DNA of 63,410 nucleotides, filler included, from Phoronis australis (taxonomy: Eukaryota; Animalia; Phoronida): assembly GCA_002633005.1 (NCBI GenBank). It is 8 parts of 8 records of this genome, joined end to end, with 100 filler letters (N's around TTAATTAATTAA, not from the genome) between each part and the next. Parts side by side here need not be neighbours in the genome. Positions count along the whole stretch, not along the records: positions 1 to 21,738 come from NMRA01001402.1; positions 21,839 to 34,723 come from NMRA01001613.1; 6 more parts are not named here. One strand, given 5' to 3'. The notes below the pieces were generated by a model. The model did not search any database, was not told the origin of the DNA, and saw only the letters and a program-made list of their open reading frames with translations. This document shows, piece after piece, positions 13,101-25,400 of this stretch (its first letter is position 1; every line of letters starts with the position of its first letter). The position numbers and the translations under genes were made by a program.

Positions 13101-16100
13101 CTCCTGAAGAGAGAAAGAAAGATGGAGAATCACCAAAGTAAGCATTCGCGTGATGACAAAATAACCTCGGGTTCACATTTTCGAAAGCAGTTTTCAAACT
13201 CTTTCCACCATGGAAATACATGTTGCAACGATCAGTGCTCGACCAATAGTTCTTTGTTTCACCCTTTGTCGCTAGGCGCAGACTACGTCATCCATAATGC
13301 TTTGGTTCAGCCAAATACATTATCAGAGTTAGATCTAAGGCGCAGCATCTAATTTTCTCTATGTATAATGTTCTAATGAACAAACATGTCACTCAACAAC
13401 GCAAAACTCACATGTGTTATCTATAGCCATGATAAGGCAATAGGAAACGTTCATTTTTGAACTTTCACTAATGTTTGTTCGCCTGCTGAACCCAGTGTGT
13501 ACTGTAATCATTCCACTCAACGCCATTGTGGGACAGCAGAAGATGCTGTTTGACAAGGGTGACCCCTGTCGGGGTGCAATGGTTCAAGACGCCATGATTG
13601 TAATGCGTGGCAATGGTGTCCACACTGAAAATTCCTGGGTTGAGTTCCGTATGCCGCAAAACTTGATTGCACTTGTGGTGAACAATCTTCACTTACGGAA
13701 CTGAAACACTGATATCATTGCCAGAACTCAATACTCCAACTTCGACGACCAATGAAGTAAGTGGCCGCCATTTTGCTGGGATGCGCTCCCACACATACTC
13801 GCGTGAGTTTACGAAATCTTGCGAGTTCTTGGTTTTCTAGCAAGAAACTATGTCAACGGAACGCTTTCTGGACTGGTGTCATGGCTTTGACATTTGCGGC
13901 GTCTTTGTCACATGAGGTTGCTCTGAAAGTACGTGAGCGAGTGGTGAACTTTTTTGGCCAAATTAGGGGAATCCATAATACCGCAGGCTAATTAAGTTAC
14001 GTATCGCTCCGTTACACCATTAACGTATTATTATGTTCATTAATCACCGCTTTTGCTTTAAACACGAAATACATACTCATTACATTATATTCCACAACGC
14101 TTTGTATTCCGCTTTGTTCCACACTATTATTCGCCAACATATATTTATGCATAGAGTTAGAGCTGTGCTCCACATTTCTATACCTATTGAAAGCGTGCTA
14201 AAAACGTGGCCCCTATTTATACCTCATTTATAATATTCTCCCAAATTATACCCTACACTCCTTTCTAGCAAGTTTTTCACTCATGCCAGTACTTCTACCG
14301 TGAAAGTAGTTATCAGATCTAAGCTTACATGCAGCAAAAAGTGATATCTCATTCCATTTTTATGCACTAAACTGACAACCCAACATTTACACCTTAATGT
14401 GACCCAATTTTATACTCAAACTGAAAACTTGACACTCATGTCAGCGCCACCTTCTCACTATTCGCAGTACATTGACTGCCTCCCTCACCCCTCGATTGTG
14501 CGCTTACTCCACTGCGCTGCATTTCAATCGAGTACTATGTAGCACACAGCGCTGGATTCACTACACGTGTCTACAATTAGGTACATTGCCCTGTGTTGAT
14601 CCTTTTCTGTTTTTAGACTTGTAAACAGCTTTCGATGTAATTTCTTTCAGCGACAAGTATGACATTGAAGAGACCATGGAGATTATGAAGTAAGGGGACA
14701 TATTCTTTGAGTGTTAGTGCTGTTCTCTTGTGGTAAATTATTTAAATCATGGAATTAAAGTTACGTTGTCAGTCATTAGCAAATATATTTGTTTTTTGGC
14801 TATGATGGAGGCCGTTGTTGATATGTCAACAATGTAATTGTTCTTGTCAAGATCTCGAATCAGTTGTCGAATTTTTTTCAAGACTGAGCTAAGTCTCTAC
14901 GAATAGTGTATTGGTCAGGAAATTGTCGTTTTCAATAATTCCAGAATTTAGATGGGCTTTCTTTCAGAATTCGCGGTTTCGCTTAACTTTCAAGTCCTAG
15001 GCTTTTAGTATACTCGATTAACCAGTCTTGCGCACATTTGAAAGACAGTGGCCTTTCAGCATCCCGTGATTGTGTATAGAGTGATTCGGAAGGCCAGAGG
15101 GGTGCGCTTTCCATTAACTGTCGCGTTAAGATCTGGAAAATTCTTTCAGTTCCAACCAAACAAGAAAGTAAACAGCATCGGCAGCTGTATATCTGACGCC
15201 GTGAACGGCATGCTAAGTAATGTTTCCAATATTCTTTTCGTTTCCAGACCTGGTTTTACTCGGTTGAATCTACCCTATTTCGCAAGTGATGATGTACTGA
15301 ATTACGTCATTGATGCCGTGGATCTTGTAGCTTCTAACGGATGGACGCTTTTACCACAGGTATTTATAAACTGAAATATCTACACGAATACCATGGCATT
15401 ATTATGTTCTTGTTTGCTGGTCATCGTCGGTGTTGTCGAACTATGTGAACTGTTCTTAAAGCTTCGAATAGTATCGACAGTAAATCAATCGAATAATTTC
15501 TTCTGATAAATGCAAGATTAAAACGAAACAAAACAAAACTCTCTTTCGAAAATTATTTCTTCCGGTATAATAGACAAACGAGATTTGCACACACACTCAC
15601 ACACACGCACACGCACGCACATACACGCAAAACACTTATATACACACGCGCGCACACACACAAACGCGCACACACATACACTTAAATTTGCAAATACGCA
15701 AGATGTCATGTACTTGGGCTAAAACATTAATCTATAAATCAAAATTCTTGCCAGCTCTTGGATGTGAAATGACAGCTTGTGATTCTGAAGGAAACTGTTT
15801 CTTTAAAGAGGGCGAAAAAGTGTGTGAGCGTCAACTCCAGTTCCACCAAGCAGGTTCTCCCCGAAGTTGACACCAGCTTTACTCTCATACATCCCCAGAT
15901 GATGCCCGTTTTACCTCCATTTTACCGTTTTCCGTTCTTAGGCTGCTTTAGCAAGCCCGTAGGTAGGTAAACATTATTGTGGAAGAGGCACAAACTAATT
16001 CGACTTCCCCCGCCTTGGTGTCAAAGTCGGACCTCTCTCTATTGTCAGTTCAACCTTCACTGGTCGTCGCCATAGGCGTGCAGACTTTGCTGTCCGGGAA

Positions 16101-19100
16101 GCAAATGGCATGGAGAGAGTCACCAGAGGCTAAAACTTCCAAGGGGAACACTTTGAAAAGATTCGGTTTCAGGGTCCCTGATACGCTGTCTTAGGAGTCC
16201 AATGTGGAAACATTGGTACCGCGTTTTGAAGTGGCTGCAAATAATTGAAAACTATCCAAATTTCATCAACCTACGGTAAACATTACTGAAACACCAATTT
16301 CGAAGATAAAATATTTCATTTATGTATAAAAGTATAATAAATAATCCCCAGTTTCTTTCATTTTCTTAACAAATTAAAAATAGAATTTTAAATTCAAAGA
16401 AGAATTTTATTAAATAATGGTAATTTAGATGAGAATAACAGGCAACCCGGATAAACTAGTTAACCAAAACCTTTTCCTGACAACACCCTATCTAAAGTGG
16501 GTTGGTATGTTGAGGGGGCGGTTGTGTGTGTGCGTGTTGTGTGTGCGTCAGTGCGTTTGTGTGGTGAGAGTGAGAATGGCGTGTATTTTTTGTCCCTCAT
16601 GTCTCTGTATGTTCTTTACAAGAAAAAAATCAAAGAGGATTTTAGTCGCCGAGTGCCCTTTATTGTTTTAGGTAGGATGGTAGACAGCCTCCATCAAAGT
16701 TGACGTAGGCATCATTGTCTTCAGTGCTGAAACTGCAACCTCTACCACAGATCTAGTTTGTATACCACAATGTTCCTGTTTAGTGACCTCTCTGCAGGAA
16801 AATATGAGAAGTGTCTCACGGATTAACAACCTAATACATTGATTAGCCTGGTGAATTTGTTTTCACACTTGAGGAGGTTATTTCTTGGCCAGTGGCACAT
16901 TCTAGTGACCATGGCGATACAAAACTTCCCACAGATTTCGCAACTGACATGGTAGACTACATTACTATTATGGGCAGTTTTTAATTTGGATGTACATGTA
17001 AAAGTAAGCCTTCACAAACGAAAAAGCCTCATACATGTACATGTTGGTGGTCTAAACACGGAGATCAATTTAACTGAAGGAACAACGGCTGCCAGTATTC
17101 TGTGCCACTGTCGATTTAGGATAAGAGATGATGAACGGCCATAGATAGACCTTTCCCGTTTAGGACCTTGCATGCTGGCAGGGGCAAGCGTTGTCTCTCC
17201 AAGACCTATGAGTACAAAAATCGATAAGAGCACTAGGGTAGCCGTTGCTAAGCAACGGTGACTTAACATATTTCAGCTCTTGGAATTATTTAGGTGAATT
17301 ACCGATATCTCCTGGCTGTAAAACTATCGAAGTTATTGCCTTTATAAATAGCAAAATAATTGTATTTAAGTACCGTACTCGTCCAGGTTACCGCCCATGC
17401 CCGGCTTACCGCCCACTCCTGTTTTTAGATTCTCAGTTTATACGCCCTGGGCGGTAACCTGGACGAGTACGGTACTTCCATCTTTTGATTCTGGTCAATG
17501 CTAAAATTTTGTTTTTTATGAAAATGTCTTGTTTTTGGTTGTTAAGGCAAATTTCATGCCGCTGCTATGCATTGCTTGAATTTGAAACATCCTTGAAGCT
17601 TCCTCTCGTGACCAGTTGACAGACTAGCCATGGACGCCATCACGAGGTTCCCTCTACGAGCTGGGAAATGAAATGAAATTTTTATTGAATTTAAATGTCT
17701 CAATCTATTTGCTCTTTAAAATCTGTCAACAAAAAATTTTCTTGCACTTTTTCGAAGTATGGTAGAGCTTGTTTTCGATGTACCATACGCGATCTCCATA
17801 GTTCATTTAGAATGGAAACCTGTACGAAGACCTCCAAAGGATTAATCCAGCATTGGCAATTCACAAATGTCCTTTATATTTTTTCTTTGTCTCTCTTTTC
17901 TGGGATGCTCCTGTCCCCAGGCTAAGCTTATGCCAGGAAGGTTTTACGTTCACGCCTGCAAATAACTAAATAACACGTGACTACCGTCCCCGGCAGCCCC
18001 TCCGCCTCTATTTAGTGCCCCTCCCCTCAACTTCGTGAGTAGTGGGGCGCTCGCCTCCTCGCTCCTCGCTTTCCAGTGCTTACGCCTATGTTAGATAAAG
18101 TGAATATTAAAATCTGTTTTCAGTACACATACGACAGTCACAGCGGAGAGTGGAGGAACAAAAAAGGCTCTGTGGTTGGAGAACTCAGTTTGAATGACGT
18201 CATTTTTGATAAAAATGGGGCACGTTTAAAGGAACAATGCATAACAGGCAAAATCAGTTTGAAAGTGCGTACACCTGTTTTCTTAGTAAATAATCTTATT
18301 CGGAATCGAGAAAATTGCTTTTCGTGTTGTCGACTTCAATTCGATTCAATTTGTAAACAAAATAGACAGCCTTCTGGTGCAGGGAAGTTGTCACTAACGT
18401 GTCATTTTCTCACGTTACTCGTTTTCATGGAGTGTTTCTATGTTTTACAAATCACAATTCTTATCATACTGACGTATTTTGGAGCATATGATCAGTGCTG
18501 CACGGTTATTTGTTTTGTTCACTATGTCTGTTGTTAGATGAGAGGAATTGTGACTCATGAGTAAGTGTGTGACCTACATATGCAGTACATGTAAAGAAAT
18601 TTCATGAAAAGAAAATGTGAGTCGGGAAAAAGAGACGTGTTCATGAGAAAAGAAAAAGCCGTTAGTGACAATATCCATGCGGTTCGCATAGGAGGAAGAC
18701 TGACATGCAAATGAATTTGAATTGTTAAACATTTTGTCATTTTGGGTAAAAATGAGTTAGCAGGCTTTATCCTTTTAGGAAACGTGTTGTTAAATCTTGT
18801 GATGGGCTGATTTTGTTTTTCTGAGATTAATCCATACGTTTGATTCTGCTTTAAAGAAGATAATGGAAGACGCGGAACACGTATTTGACAGAGCATTGGA
18901 AATAGCGAGGGTGAGTTAAACGGATACCAAACCCTGGTTTATGCCTATTAACAGGTACTAAAATAACTTTCCTCCATCCAGTTCTCTGAAACAAAATATA
19001 ATGCTCCTTAACCCTCGACAACCCTCAAAGTTTACCAAACGGGCAAGCGTGACCTACGCTTTTAGCGAATTACACGTTGACTGTGGGAAAGACCACACAC

Positions 19101-19828
19101 CAAGGAAAGTTATGTCCAATCAGTGAGTTTTTAGTTGATGTCTGTCTTTAACTTAAGATTGACGCCAATGACGCATTAGCATGAGACAGAACAAGGATTG
19201 GTTGAAATCACGAAAACAGGGTTTTTAAAGAACGATGAAATGTTTTTGGAAACTTATCATGTTTAGCTTTCGAATTCACTCGTTTTTCGTCTTCGCTCAA
19301 CGCAACAATTCACTACAGAAGTTTAGATATTTTTTAATCTGTGCTATACAGACAATGAATTTTCTACAGTTTTATATTTGGCCATGTTTGGCACACTCTG
19401 TTCAACAAAGGATTGATACAATTGTAGATGCAATGGATGTTCATGTAGCAGAAGTACACAGGGGAATGCCCGGTGAAAATATTGGAACTGTTTGGAAACT
19501 TGTAGCACTGATAGCGTCAAGTTCAGTGGAACACCGTCGCTAAAGTCGTGCAAGTTCAGCTATCTCCACCGTTTTCTATTTACAGGACTGCGATACGACT
19601 AAAGACGATTTCAGCAAAACAGTGCCTCCAATGTACAAGAATCTCGTCTGGTTCATGTCTCCAAATGATGCAAAAATGCTTATGCAGGCCAAGCCAACAA
19701 GTCATCATCGGTTGTCCTTCATGAACCGGAAACCTCCATTTATAGCTCGTCGCAGCAGCTCGTTAACTTACGGGAAATCCACCTACTCCGTCCTTCAGCT
19801 GGCACATAGCGAGGGAGTAAATCATTAA
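1142..19828 (+). CDS. Class-V PLP-dependent aminotransferase / cysteine desulfurase-like protein, 15 exons, about 654 aa
   Basis: Hand-spliced exons, all GT-AG and phase-consistent: 1142-1204, 2487-2619, 3249-3396, 3662-3788, 4323-4457, 4712-4893, 5327-5459, 11011-11121, 11797-12048, 13046-13137, 14651-14689, 15248-15359, 18124-18264, 18857-18910, 19586-19828 (sum 1965 nt). Motifs: NIIGRDAMFEGPYGKRRVIYCDYTASGRS, YANTHT, PYEHHSNILPW, SAASNVTG, DFAAGAPY, SPHKFVGGPGTPG (PLP lysine), EEREEGGTP, RGGCACAGPY (catalytic-Cys region), KPGFTRLN, LVWF. First exon and last two exons are the least certain. Confidence 0.9.
1481..1592. repeat. Short degenerate tandem repeat, about 33-bp unit, about 4 copies
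   Basis: Recurring ATGGGAGCAC/TGGGAGCA core followed by GCT...AATGT. Confidence 0.7.
3922..4251. repeat. 330-bp near-perfect palindrome made of two inverted copies of a ~159-bp MITE (family A)
   Basis: Arm 3922-4080 is the reverse complement of 4093-4251 with about 6 mismatches; 12-nt spacer CAACTATGACTT. Each arm has its own inner inverted repeat (GTTCAGTA..CGCTAGGACCT / AGGTCCTAGCG..TACTGAAC). Solo relatives at about 2322-2390, 37240-37391, 43856-44000 and 57149-57286. Confidence 0.92.
6465..7745 (+). pseudogene. THAP-domain transposase N-terminus (Kolobok-like) with stops and frameshifts
   Basis: MVHRCV...SPFKF*KDKHLAA*WQVFV...PSVGAEICSDHFEDGCFD (THAP C..W..CxxHF), donor GTAAG at 6717; second exon from about 7161 with RVFIVPVVEIVKSF...CPIC...GHSF zinc-finger-like remnant. 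No DDE core seen. Confidence 0.7.
7538..7685. mobile_element. MITE family B (CAGGGGCGGAT...ATCCGCCACTG type), 5-bp TSD GAAAC, nested in the Kolobok
   Basis: TAGTGGCAGATTTAG...GGATCCGCACCTG flanked by GAAAC at 7533-7537 and 7686-7690; relatives at 49971-50109 and 55539-55865. Confidence 0.75.
8786..10741 (-). pseudogene. KolX / Nanor / P2X7 C-terminal ballast-like Cys-rich protein, 2 exons, disrupted
   Basis: Exon 1 (about 10741-10489) is acidic (EEYFERYRDGQVDFSDDSDLSDVEVE...EPFSLDP). Exon 2 (9171-8786) after a CAG acceptor reads CTWGNCQTTSVVEERVCCQEVDKVV / KCFVEHGG / KPVYINRGVLETAWLQY...*HVAYRQFQKWVHGH...RFVIPACAVACIRAFYPPPG, with 2 frameshifts and a stop. Confidence 0.8.
10060..10229 (-). 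mobile_element. tRNA-derived SINE fragment
   Basis: Minus strand has Pol III A box TGGCTCAGTGG (10222-10212) and B box GGTTCGAATCC (10192-10182), but the anticodon arm is deleted, so no cloverleaf. 3' boundary approximate. Confidence 0.55.
13410..13704 (+). pseudogene. Possible decayed RecQ-like SF2 helicase fragment (intronic)
   Basis: Order and spacing resemble motif I (decayed G.GKT-FIFEL), motif Ia (VCTVIIPLNAIVGQQ) and motif II (NLIALVVNNLH versus xxVVDEAH). Visual similarity only. Confidence 0.35.
15587..15681. repeat. Imperfect (CA/CG)n microsatellite
   Basis: CACACACACTCACACACACGCACACGCACGCAC... Confidence 0.85.
17373..17472. mobile_element. 100-bp Tc1/mariner-pogo-type MITE, TA TSD
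   Basis: Perfect 25-bp TIR CCGTACTCGTCCAGGTTACCGCCCA / TGGGCGGTAACCTGGACGAGTACGG flanked by TA on both sides. Confidence 0.85.
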
Positions 19829-20877
19829 ATGTTGCTTGGAAGTGAAGACTCCTATGTTGATTTTCATACACAAAACACTCCTTCTCTCACGAGAGCCTAC
19901 ATTCGTGTATGGCCGTCGTTTTTCTTTGCGAACGGACGAAAGAACCTCTGTCTTCCATACCCTTCAGTTGAGGATTGTCATGTTTTGATGATGGCGGGAA
20001 GGCGTACGCCACTATTCACAAATTGACGATTACCTGTTCCCAATAAACTGTCGATTTGCGTCTGTTACATTACGGGTTTTATTTTTAGCACACCCTTATT
20101 ACAGGATGGCACTCCTATTCCATTTACCTTGAGCTAAACCTATTTTTGATATTGCTGTAGTTGCCTACTCAAACAATATTTTACCTGTGTTAGTTCTATC
20201 GGAGGCGACGTGTCCACGCTATTTTATACCAAACCTAGTCATAAGCAATTCATAGTTCAGCTTCTTAGGTGAATTCTCCTTGCAGTATAATAAGTAGTTA
20301 TATTAGATGTTAGACGAGTTTTCAATGCTTGACTGCTTTTCACACAATCAAATTACCTTTTAACTTGCTATAATTTATAACAATACTGTCTTAGGTTCAT
20401 AACTGTTAAAACACAAAGTGTTGCAATGAAAATGAAATGGAGACGTTTCATGATGTTAAAAGTCATCATAAACCAAACCGTTCGAACAACACCCCGGTAT
20501 CTGATTAAGTATAACTCCAAAATTAACGAGAACAATTGTAATTCATTGGAAGAAAATTCCCATATTTTTGGAAGGAGAACGCTGGCCATGGTGTTGGTTG
20601 GGTATATCCTTAAAGAGTTGGCGATCCTTCTTTCGCAAGTACGACTTTGCGATCAACTGTCGGATATGTTGAATTAGAGTGTGTAGACAGGTGTTCCGAC
20701 ACCGACGACTTCGAGCAACTCTAAAAATGTGGACCGATCCAAAGAGATATCAGGTGATACGGGCCGAGAGAAATGTTAACCAACCACTGACGTTTTTCCT
20801 CTGATTTTTCGATTCCTATGTGATTGACATGATCTTACCTGCTTTTATGTAGTGTTATCGTCAGTTTATGACTTCTG

Positions 20878-21027
20878 GGCCCAGTTGCATAAATGTTGTA
20901 CGCCGTATAGCAACAATGAGGTCGCATTATCACGCGTCACGTTGTTATTGTTGAACAATGCACATGACGTGATGCAACAATCAAACTTATCCAGCGGATA
21001 TCTTTTGAAGCTTTATGCAACTCAGCC
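20878..21027. mobile_element. MITE with GGC termini and CWG flanks (Harbinger-like)
   Basis: GGCCCAGTTGCATAA...TTATGCAACTCAGCC, flanked by CTG and CAG; diverged relative at about 44284-44427. Confidence 0.6.
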
Positions 21028-21030
21028 CAG

Positions 21031-21431
21031 GGCCCGGTCTCTAATCTTTGTACTCGAAACGAACTCGAAACTATTTTTGGCAATTTCTCTGCTCCTTTTG
21101 TGCGAACTTAAGATAATTGGTTATCAGACTGTGCTCGAATACATTATAGTTTATGCATAGGAATTTCTAATTCAAGTTTGCCCTTGAAGACCCTTATATT
21201 CGTGCTACAAACTCGAGTAAAAACTCGAAATTTCGAGTTCAAACTCGAACTTTTTGCTTTAATATTGGGTTTACAAACTGTGAACTAAGGGCAATAAATA
21301 ATCTACGTAAGTTATTGTGTACTGGAGCATAGAATAATAGACACTTATCTTGAGTTCGCCCAAAAGTAGAGTAGAAAATGCCAAACCTAATTTCGAGTTC
21401 CATTTCGAGTAAAAAGATTGGAGACCGGGCC
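21031..21431. mobile_element. 401-bp MITE with ~40-bp TIRs and CWG flanks (Harbinger-like)
   Basis: GGCCCGGTCTCTAATCTTTGTACTCGAAA... / ...TTTCGAGTAAAAAGATTGGAGACCGGGCC; many internal ACTCGAAA motifs; flanked by CAG and CTG. Confidence 0.8.
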
Positions 21432-21738
21432 CTGGAATCTGTAATTGGTGAGATCAAGACGTGCCAGTGACAACAATGGAATATGATATTCCATGGTTAT
21501 CTGATCAACACCATTTTAGAAGGAAAGTTATAATGCAAAGTTTTCGCTAGTTAGAGAACAATATCAGTGGTCGGTTATAACACTTGCTGGTGTCTGGTAA
21601 AGCAGTAAACGCATCGATGTGGTAGTCTCTTCTAGGCTCAGTGATAGTCGGCGAATCAGCTGAATCTGAACATCAATATTAATAACACGGGTTCAAGGAT
21701 TGAAGATGGAGTACTTATAATGCGTAACCCACCGCTGG

Positions 21739-21838
21739 NNNNNNNNNNNNNNNNNNNNNNNNNNNNNNNNNNNNNNNNNNNNTTAATTAATTAANNNNNN
21801 NNNNNNNNNNNNNNNNNNNNNNNNNNNNNNNNNNNNNN
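21739..21838. other. Artificial contig spacer (first of seven)
   Basis: 44 N + TTAATTAATTAA + 44 N; identical spacers at 34724-34823, 37920-38019, 40630-40729, 43360-43459, 46218-46317 and 61500-61599. Plain N gaps at 49464-49498 and 50110-50169. Confidence 0.98.
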
Positions 21839-22430
21839 CGTCTGATACAAGTATAAGTGGTAAAATTAAGGTTATGGACGACCTTGTTGACAGATCTGCC
21901 TGTTTAACTTAATATCTAACCGAAAGCCTGATGTTTTTTTGACCTTTTACATCTCTGTCATTAACTGGGTCACTTGACCATGTCTTTTTTATAACTAAAA
22001 AGTAAAATTCATGAAAATAGAAACACGGTACAATGATAGCAAAGCAGGATTTTCAGTAGCATTTGTTTTGATCAAATTTTGTTTGATGTGAATGTTCAAG
22101 ATGAGGCCTCGAAATTGCTGTTACAGTTTTCTAAAATATCATATGAATCTTGATTTTGTTTTCGTTTCATAAAATTTTTCTGATGGTTTCATTAATGTTA
22201 ATTCTCAATCAATTCAAACAGCAAAACTGGTGAAAACCTCCCACATCATGTGGTCTTTAGTTTTTTATTAGTTGATTGTGCTGTGTAAGGCTGGGTCATG
22301 TGACCAAAAGAGTTGTCTACTTTTTAAATGTTCGCAGAAACATGTTTATGCTTGCCATGGTTTGGGCTGGAATGCTTATTAATGAAACCTGTGATTGTTT
22401 TGTTTCGTCATTACTGGTAATGTCTTGCAG

Positions 22431-25400
22431 GGTTCACATACTTATGTGTTCCCTTGTAATCGTTGGCTGGCCCGTGACGAAGAGGACGGCGCCATAGAGC
22501 GTGAACTAGTGCCCTCTAAGGTCGAAGAGGAAATCATCAAGAAAGACGGAACTGTCAAGAAGAAGGAGAAAGAAACCAAGAATACTCTGCAAAGTATGTG
22601 GTTGGCTTGCTTTTGTGGGCCTGCATTCTTTTCACTTGCATCTTCCGTTTCATGAATAGTAAAACGTGGATTAGTAGTCATGGTAACAGTAGTGTTATGT
22701 TGTAACTGAGAATGTCATGACCTGTGACTCCAGACAGAAGACATTTTTGTGCATTCTCAACTTTTGAAAATTAAATTTCATTTTTTAGAACAAAACAGTC
22801 AAGTGACTACAAGTAGACAGGCATTTTTTCATTCATATCACGCTGTGTATTTTGTGGACTTAGTATAAGGCATCTTGCAAACTGTTAGAATTGAATCAAA
22901 ATTTCCAATTTTCTTGTACCTTCATGGCAGTCGGTTGGTGAAGGATTTTCCACATTTAAGACTATGATTTTTGAAATGATTGTTGGGTATGACATTCTTT
23001 GCACAATTTGGAGATAAATTACTTCCTACGGACAGTTTCTCATGTGAACAAGAAGACACTCACACGTATCCTGGAACAAACCATGTGAACATATTTGTTA
23101 ATACTTAGTTGATAAATTTGTTTGTAGGTAAGAAGTACACTGTAAACGTTTTGACGGGCGATGTGCGTGGTGCCGGCACTGATGCTAATGTGTACCTGAC
23201 CGTGTTTGGTGACAAGGGTGACACAGGGGAGCGCAAACTGGCCAACTCTGAGACACACAGGGACAAGTTTGAACGCAATCAGGTACTACAAACTGGTGTA
23301 TATTGAAGATATTTGGGAACTGTTTTGGTAACATGACTATTACCTTGGGACATCCAGTTTTACGCAATGATGGGTGTCGAGAATTTTGACTTAATTTTTC
23401 CACGGTTCACAAATTGTGAAATAAGGTGAGTTGATAGTGTTTTCTTGTTATTTGTTGTTATTTCGTTATCAGAATGTAACTCATAACATAATCATTACCT
23501 TGGGACATCCCATTTTACACAGTGGCGGGTGTACAGTATTTTGCTTTGCGTCACAAATTGTTATTCAATAAATAATTCAAGTTAACACTGTCTTCTTGTT
23601 ATCTCTTGCTCTACTTTTGTCAGAATGGAGGTCACAAGTGTTAGTCTTATGCTTCATAATTGTAATTTTAATTTATCTTACTTAAGTTGGCCATTTTTGA
23701 CCCACCCAAGCTGACGTTAACTTTTCACTTTTTATTTTCATCAATTTAGAACACAATGAGTTTCATTGGTCGAAGGCTGACTCTAAAGTAAGATTCTTAT
23801 ATAAGCAACTTACAGCAGCCCTGCATGTACTTGGAAATTTACCTATTAATTCAGATATCACTCAAGACTACTTGCTGACCATTTTGTGGTGCACATCCAG
23901 AAATTATAAAATTTTCTATATTTGTATTTAATATTAGGAATGAAAATTGATATGAAGTTGATTGAGCATCATTTGGAATATTTTTCTTTATGGTAACGTT
24001 GTATGAAAAAATGACTGAAAGATTATATATTTCCACAAAGGATATTAGGAAATGATTTCAATTTGGTGTTTATAAAAAAATTATTTTAGTTCATTCAAGG
24101 AAATAGTTTTCACTTATCCCAACTACTTTAGGTTGTATTACGGTAACATTTCTTTCTTTTTTCAGACTGATGTGTTTACCGTAGAGGCGGTTGATCTTGG
24201 AAAAATTTTCAAAATCAAAATTCGCCACGACAACTCCATGCTATCTCCAGCGTGGTTCCTGAACCGCGTCGAAGTCATTGATAACGACGACAAGAAAGAG
24301 ACTTACGTGTTTCACTGTGAACGATGGCTAGGCAAGAACAAGGATGATGGGAGAATTGAGAGGTCACTCTATGTTAAGGTAACGTTTAGTAACAATTGGA
24401 CAAAATCACCCAGATGTGTCTGTCATGATGATCACAGTTTTCAAAAAATTGGACAACGTGGAAATTTGACAACATTACTGTACTTAGAATGATCAAGCTG
24501 CACAGAAGAAACTTAACTCTTAAAACTGGTCTAACTGTTACTCACTGAAGAAAGAAGTGTTTGCAACTCCATACATTGTTATATTGAAATGTTGGTCTTT
24601 GTTTGCCAATCATGGCTTTCATAACTTTCTGGTTTTTATGATCATCTCAAATGTTGTGGAGAACATGTAAGCTATACTACATTCAATGCATACCTGGCCC
24701 TATCTTGTTTGAATCAACAATGTCGTTACTAAATGTTTCTAGGGTTACGACGGTGATATGTCTAGTGCCGGTACTATCCGGTCCAGTCGTTTTGGTGGCT
24801 CTACTGCTAGCCTTGAATCGGTAAGAACTAACGACCCGTTTGCCAAGAGTCCACGATCAAGCAGGCGCAACACGCTGGAAGATGTGCCGGAGGGACCGAG
24901 TGAGTGGAGCATTGTGGGAAATATTTTCGGGAATTTTAGGATATGGTTTGGGCTGACTGTTAGACACCATTGACACGAGTTTTAGAACATACAGGTTGTA
25001 GAGTACACGGGTTACAGAACACATGGGTTGCAGAACACATGGGTTGCAGAACACATGTGTTGCAGAACACATGGGTTGCAGAACACACGGGTTGCAGAAC
25101 TCTTGGGTTGCAAAAAACACAGGTTGCACAACACATGGCTTTGCAGAACATACAAGTTGTAGAACTGTTGACAATCACAATTTGAAAATGGTTTAAGTAG
25201 TTTCTTAAAACTACTTAAAGATCAATTTATTGTCAGTGCCACTAATAAAGCCACAACATCTTTTGTCTTGTATTCATTTTAAAACTTTAAAAGTTGTTAC
25301 AGTGGTTTAGCTTATTGTTAATATCATGGAGTTGTGCTATGATCTGATTGGAGTTCATTGATTGGAGTTCATTGATTGGAGTTCATTGATTACTTCTGAG

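Noticed and set aside
15720-16240. Exon-like, more GC-rich intronic segment with several short ORFs
   Set aside because: No recognisable domain, stops in all frames, and not needed for the host reading frame.
24857-25185. Cys-rich repetitive ORFs
   Set aside because: Produced by the 16-bp minisatellite.
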